A stretch of DNA of 64,000 bases from an uncultured bacterium (GTDB lineage: Bacteria > SAR324 > NAC60-12): contig CBFIGY010000005.1 in the NCBI GenBank assembly GCA_965662235.1, forward strand, positions 46,019 to 110,018, read 5' to 3'. Both the position numbers and the translations under genes were made by a program. The notes below the pieces were generated by a model that worked only from the letters and a program-made list of their open reading frames with translations, was not told where the DNA came from and did no database searches. Positions 59,906 to 64,000 of the stretch are shown here, one piece after another (position 1 is the first letter of the stretch; each line of letters begins with the position of its first letter).

Positions 59906-60774
59906 CGCCGAATGATGCCGATGTCCTGAGCGGTCTGGAGGATGGGGGCAAACATCTCATTGGTCGCAGGAAGGAAGCTCCGACGCGGGAAGGCCTGCAG
60001 GATCGCCGGGTCCTTCAGGTCCACCAGCGCTTGCTGCACCTTCTTCAGAAACCCGGGCCCCCAGGTTTCATCAACGTCTCCGCGGATGCTCCAGTTGTAG
60101 TCCGGATAACTCGGGGTCCGCCAGATCACGCGTACCTTCTGCGGGTCCACTTTTCCCTCCGCCTGTTCGGTTTCCCAAACCTTGTAGTTGAGGGCGCCCA
60201 CCTCGTAACTGCCCGCCTGAACCAGCTGGAGGGTCCGGGAGTGGTCTCCTGAGAACCCGACTCTTCGGAAGGTCTGCTCCGGCGCCTGCCCAAAGCGTTC
60301 TCGAAGGAAGAACTCCGGCATCAGCCGTCCGGAGGTGGACCCCTTGGAGCCGAAGGTAAAGGTCCGGCCCTTCAGCGCTTCCGGAAGCGAGTCCTCTGCG
60401 CTGAGTCCGGTGCCCGTGTGGGCGATGAAGTAGGTGACAAACTCCAGGTCTTCCTCTCCCAGAGCAATGGCCTGAGAACCCGGGACGGCTAGGCGCGCCT
60501 GGACACCAGAAAGTCCTCCGAACCACGCCAGTTGCACCTCGTTGTTCTTGAACGCGGACACCGACGCCTCATAGGACTTCACCGGCACGTAGCGCACCTC
60601 AACCCCAAGCTGCTGCTGCAGGTAAGTCGCCACCTGGCCAAAACGCTCTTGCAGGCGAGCCGTGTCTTGGTCAGGAATAGCGGTGAAGGTAAAGGGAGCC
60701 GCCACAGTCAGGGTGGCCCAACAGGTCCCGAGCATCAGGGGACCCAACAGCTTTTTCAGAAAACGAAACATCAT
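59902..60774 (-). CDS. PhnD-family substrate-binding protein ('putative selenate ABC transporter' subfamily)
   Basis: FTAIPDQD, AWFGGLSGVQAR, FTFGSKGSTSGRLMP, GFSGDHSRT, YPDYNW. Confidence 0.8.
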   Translation of the reverse strand: MMFRFLKKLLGPLMLGTCWATLTVAAPFTFTAIPDQDTARLQERFGQVATYLQQQLGVEVRYVPVKSYEASVSAFKNNEVQLAWFGGLSGVQARLAVPGSQAIALGEEDLEFVTYFIAHTGTGLSAEDSLPEALKGRTFTFGSKGSTSGRLMPEFFLRERFGQAPEQTFRRVGFSGDHSRTLQLVQAGSYEVGALNYKVWETEQAEGKVDPQKVRVIWRTPSYPDYNWSIRGDVDETWGPGFLKKVQQALVDLKDPAILQAFPRRSFLPATNEMFAPILQTAQDIGIIRR

Positions 60775-60979
60775 CCTCTCTTTGAGAAACACGTCTATGA
60801 AACGCAGAACGTCCAGACGCACCAAGGCCCGGACTTCCTGCAGGAAGAACAGAGACGACAGGAATCCAGGAGGAGAGGAGGGCTTCGGAAAGCTCCGGAG
60901 GGTCAGCCTTGCGTTCGGCAGACGCGTGGCGCATGAAGAGCGGCAAGCGGACCGAACCCAGAGGGGCGTCTTCCCAGCA

Positions 60980-61250
60980 GCAGGGTGAAGGCCACCGTCG
61001 CCACCGGGTTCTGAGCCAGGCTCAGAACGTGGACTCCTGTGTCTTCACCATCAGATCCTCCCCTGCCAAAGGAGAGGTTCTGCCAGTGCGGTGGAACCGC
61101 TTTTGGTTGATCCAGCCCGACCGGACTGGGTTTGGCAACTCATCCCCACGCTGACGGACACTCCGAACGGGTGGGAATCAGAAACCACTTGCCCAAGGCC
61201 ATTTGCTCTTGTGGAAAGGGAATCAGAAACAGGATTCGTGACGAATCCCA
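60980..61250 (-). ncRNA. Candidate structured cis-regulatory leader RNA (family not recognised)
   Basis: At least six nested or adjacent inverted repeats in a non-coding gap upstream of the transporter (see findings). Confidence 0.35.
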
Positions 61251-61596
61251 AGGGCGCTTTCCTTCACAAGGTCCCTTAAGTGGCTCTGAGAAGCGCTCCT
61301 CCGTGTTCCGGAGCAGCAGGACCGCCAGCAAGGGCTCTGTGGGAAAGCAGGGTTTTGACTCTAGCACCAGGTCCCTGGTGTTGCAATTCTGAAACGTGCT
61401 CCGGGGGCAGAAGGCCTGTCTTTTCTGGAGAAGGCCTCTAAAAAGGCAGCAAGGACGTGGTCCCTGAAGTGGCTGCGTCCCTGCCCCCTCCAGCAGGTTG
61501 GGGAGGGAGGTGCTTTTCTCTAGCTCGGGAGCGTGGATCTCAAGAATGCACCAAGTCTAGGACAGCTCTCAATCCAGCATTGAGAGCAAAAGCGGG

Positions 61597-62925
61597 TTAC
61601 TCTTCAACGAAAAAGCGAACTTCTTTTTTGATTCCAGACTTATTCTTAACCCACTCTGCATAAAAGACCCAGTAATCGCGATGCAGCACCCAGTCCTTCC
61701 TTAACCCTTCATCAAGAGCTTTTAGTGGAATTTCACAGTCATCCTCTTGACAGGATTTAATTTTTTCCACTAGCTCATTTTCTCTCAATTTAAGAACATC
61801 ATAATTATAATCTTTAATTGAGTAAATAAGAAAGTTGTGAGTCATGAATGACAATAAAATCAGACTTAAAACAATACGCGCTATTTTTAAATGATTCTTA
61901 GTCAAATTAAAAATAAACCAAACCATGATTGCGTTCACAAACAATCCAGCTCCAAAAAGAGCTCGGCTCGCGCTATAGGCTAAAAAGATGTATATACTGG
62001 ACGCAAAAAAACAAAACAGAAAAACAATTAACGCCTCATTCAAGTTTAATTTCCCCACCTTGAAAGAATAGTAAAACAAATATAAGATAGTGGAGAAATA
62101 AACTAGAGTCTGACCCCAATATACCTTATAAAACTCCATAAAAAAGAAATACTTAAGAATATTAACAACCTGGCCAACCATATGATACAGATCAAATGAA
62201 ATGCCATGCTGATAATTTTCTACGTAAGCAGAAATTGTGAATCGCACCAGGAAAAATACGGCGATTGACAATAGCCAGTAAATTAAATTTTTTATGATTA
62301 ACGGAGTATTTCTCTTCATTCCTGACACGGTTGGCTGATTAAAAAACACCGGAAAAAGGACGAAGCTCAAAGAAGGCAAAAGATACATCTCTGATGTAAG
62401 AAAAGAGAGCACAAAAAAGGAATAACGGATAGAATTTTTTCTCGAATGAAGACCACAAGCCATAAAAAATGCACCAAACACATAGGTCATTGTGGTTGGC
62501 CAGTACAAGACTTCAAAATAATTCGGGTAGAAACAATAACAAATGCTAAGTAAAATTAAAAATAATTTATTCTCTTCTAAGACTTTTGATTCTGTCTCAC
62601 GAATCAAGTAATCTATAAAGTAGCAAAAAGAAGATGCATACAGGAAAAATATTGGGTAGATTAACAACCAAGCATGATCAAAGCTAAAGAGCCAATAAGT
62701 GAGAAAAACCCAAACGGGAACCCGAGACCAATACTTACCAAAATCCTCATACCTTAAGCCCGACTCACTGGTCAAATGTGATAAGTAATAATAATCATCT
62801 GTGGAGAAGGTAAAATTAAAAAAACTGGTTACCATCCAAAAAATCGCCAGCGAAATAAAGGCTGACTTCATAAAATCAGGAATTCCTGACCAATTCTTTA
62901 ATAGTTTCCCAAAATTCATTTCCAT
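61597..62925 (-). CDS. Polytopic membrane protein, GT-C/GtrC-like glycosyltransferase
   Basis: About 11 hydrophobic segments, STDDY in the first loop followed by SRVP. Very AT-rich; follows a GT2 gene. Confidence 0.6.
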   Translation of the reverse strand: MEMNFGKLLKNWSGIPDFMKSAFISLAIFWMVTSFFNFTFSTDDYYYLSHLTSESGLRYEDFGKYWSRVPVWVFLTYWLFSFDHAWLLIYPIFFLYASSFCYFIDYLIRETESKVLEENKLFLILLSICYCFYPNYFEVLYWPTTMTYVFGAFFMACGLHSRKNSIRYSFFVLSFLTSEMYLLPSLSFVLFPVFFNQPTVSGMKRNTPLIIKNLIYWLLSIAVFFLVRFTISAYVENYQHGISFDLYHMVGQVVNILKYFFFMEFYKVYWGQTLVYFSTILYLFYYSFKVGKLNLNEALIVFLFCFFASSIYIFLAYSASRALFGAGLFVNAIMVWFIFNLTKNHLKIARIVLSLILLSFMTHNFLIYSIKDYNYDVLKLRENELVEKIKSCQEDDCEIPLKALDEGLRKDWVLHRDYWVFYAEWVKNKSGIKKEVRFFVEE

Positions 62926-62940
62926 CTAAAATCAGTAATT

Positions 62941-63675
62941 TTAATGTTTTTTATAATCACTCACTGACAACCATTTTTCTATAAGGCAGTATAAAATGAT
63001 AAACCAATACCGGCTCCCCATTTCTTTAATCTTTAGTTTAGAGACCCCTGCTTTACGATTTGTCCACCGATTAGGTAATACACGATAGCTATATCCTCGA
63101 ACAATGACTTTTAAAGGCAGCTCTACTGTTAAATTAAAATGATGGCTCAAGTAAGGCTTTAACCCTTCAAGGGTCTCTTTTTTATAAATTTTAAAAGCAT
63201 TGGTAACGTCTGTATAACGAATCGCAAATAGCAGTGCAATCGCCCAGTTTGTGAATCGATTCAGCACGTATTTAGCCAAAGGGTAGTCAATCACTTCACC
63301 ACCTTTCATAAAACGATGACCAAATACAGCGTCTAATTTATGATCTATAGCAGTTTGATAAAACTTGATCAGATCATCCGGATCATCTGAAGCATCAGCC
63401 ATCACGACGGCAACGTAATCTCCACTAGCATTTTCTAAACCGCGACAAACGGCAAACCCGAACCCGTTTGGAGGTGAGTTAACAACAGGCTTGACACTAG
63501 TAAGAGACTGAGCGATTTTTTCTAAAATTTCTTGCGTTTTATCCGTTGAATTATCATTCACAATAATGAATTCATGTTCAATTTCTTCTTGTATCAACCT
63601 AGCTGAAAAGCCGTTGATCGTTGATTCAATAACAGAGTCTTCATTGTGAGCAGGAATAACGATACTTAACTTCAT
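62941..63675 (-). CDS. Glycosyltransferase family 2 (polyprenol-phosphate glycosyltransferase, DPM1/GtrB-like)
   Basis: SIVIPAHNE, VNDNSTD.T, GFG.A...G, MADASDDP, D.TNAFK.Y, R..G.SK. Confidence 0.88.
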   Translation of the reverse strand: MKLSIVIPAHNEDSVIESTINGFSARLIQEEIEHEFIIVNDNSTDKTQEILEKIAQSLTSVKPVVNSPPNGFGFAVCRGLENASGDYVAVVMADASDDPDDLIKFYQTAIDHKLDAVFGHRFMKGGEVIDYPLAKYVLNRFTNWAIALLFAIRYTDVTNAFKIYKKETLEGLKPYLSHHFNLTVELPLKVIVRGYSYRVLPNRWTNRKAGVSKLKIKEMGSRYWFIILYCLIEKWLSVSDYKKH

Positions 63676-63677
63676 TT

Positions 63678-64000
63678 CTACTTCTTAAAAAGAACTAAAA
63701 ACTGCTTACCGAAAAAAGGCCAAATGAAATTCATTTTTAGGTAATTTTTCACAAAAAACCGACTAACAGGGAGCCGACTTCTGAAAGAATAAGGAAGAAA
63801 CTTGCTAATGCACTCGTCGATAGTAAATCCAGCGGAATAACCCAATTCACAAAGAGACACATCCGTCAGAATCACACGATGATCTGAGCAATCAAAATAA
63901 TCTTGCATGCAAAACTTAAAATTCGGCCCCATCACCGCAAGAATCCCATCCTTTTTAAGCCAGCTGTAAGCTTTCTCAAAAAACCCAAACACTTCCTCAG
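63678..64000 (-). CDS. Class I SAM-dependent methyltransferase, C-terminal part (start beyond window)
   Basis: LKKDG...VMGPN....YFD..DH and FLPYS...LP pattern typical of glycan-locus methyltransferases. Confidence 0.6.
   Translation of the reverse strand, partial: EEVFGFFEKAYSWLKKDGILAVMGPNFKFCMQDYFDCSDHRVILTDVSLCELGYSAGFTIDECISKFLPYSFRSRLPVSRFFVKNYLKMNFIWPFFGKQFLVLFKK

Larger units (their letters stand above)
61597..64000. other. Low-GC genomic island (surface glycosylation genes)
   Basis: Abrupt switch from GC-rich to strongly AT-rich sequence near 61.6 kb. No integrase or att site is visible in the window. Confidence 0.75.

Noticed and set aside
61085..61140. c-di-AMP (ydaO) or c-di-GMP riboswitch
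   Set aside because: Only short fragments resemble the consensus, and the ydaO-like fragment is on the wrong strand for the downstream gene.
61565..61591. Intrinsic terminator for the island gene
   Set aside because: The hairpin GCTCTCAAT-N5-ATTGAGAGC is real, but the T-run precedes rather than follows it on the minus strand.

Overview
A GC-rich (about 60% by eye) chromosomal window from a Gram-negative bacterium. Gene content is compatible with a marine SAR324-like deltaproteobacterium, but that is inference only. From left to right it holds: (1) a phosphorus-uptake locus (AfuBC-like ABC transporter plus PiT, convergent with PhnDCEE plus DUF47); (2) an SDR, an unannotated 50-aa ORF, a SoxW-like double thioredoxin, an outer-membrane beta-barrel and a GST; (3) a roughly 12 kb AraC-led quinoprotein cluster with a lanthanide-type (WDYD) PQQ alcohol dehydrogenase PedH/ExaF, cytochrome c550, a PqqT-like ABC importer, a SoxYZ-like carrier, an MBL hydrolase, PedA-like proteins, a highly acidic secreted orphan and a CXXCW rhodanese; (4) a form II coxSLM-like molybdoenzyme, a sirtuin and a PAS kinase; (5) a TPP riboswitch with thiBP; (6) housekeeping genes (acetoacetate-CoA ligase, flavoprotein disulfide reductase/oxyR, apaG, obgE, parE) with an MNT-HEPN pair whose HEPN is frameshifted; (7) a maltose/alpha-glucoside operon with a LacI operator; (8) an aldo-keto reductase, a multi-PAS kinase and a putative selenate/phosphite ABC system behind a long, highly structured leader; (9) an AT-rich glycosylation island at the right edge. 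The leading candidates for something new are the acidic orphan in the lanthanide/PQQ thiol-relay cluster, the strong window-wide excess of the palindrome TCCGGA, and the structured leader of the selenate-like transporter. No tRNA, rRNA, CRISPR array or transposase was recognised. All calls come from motif recognition without database searches.
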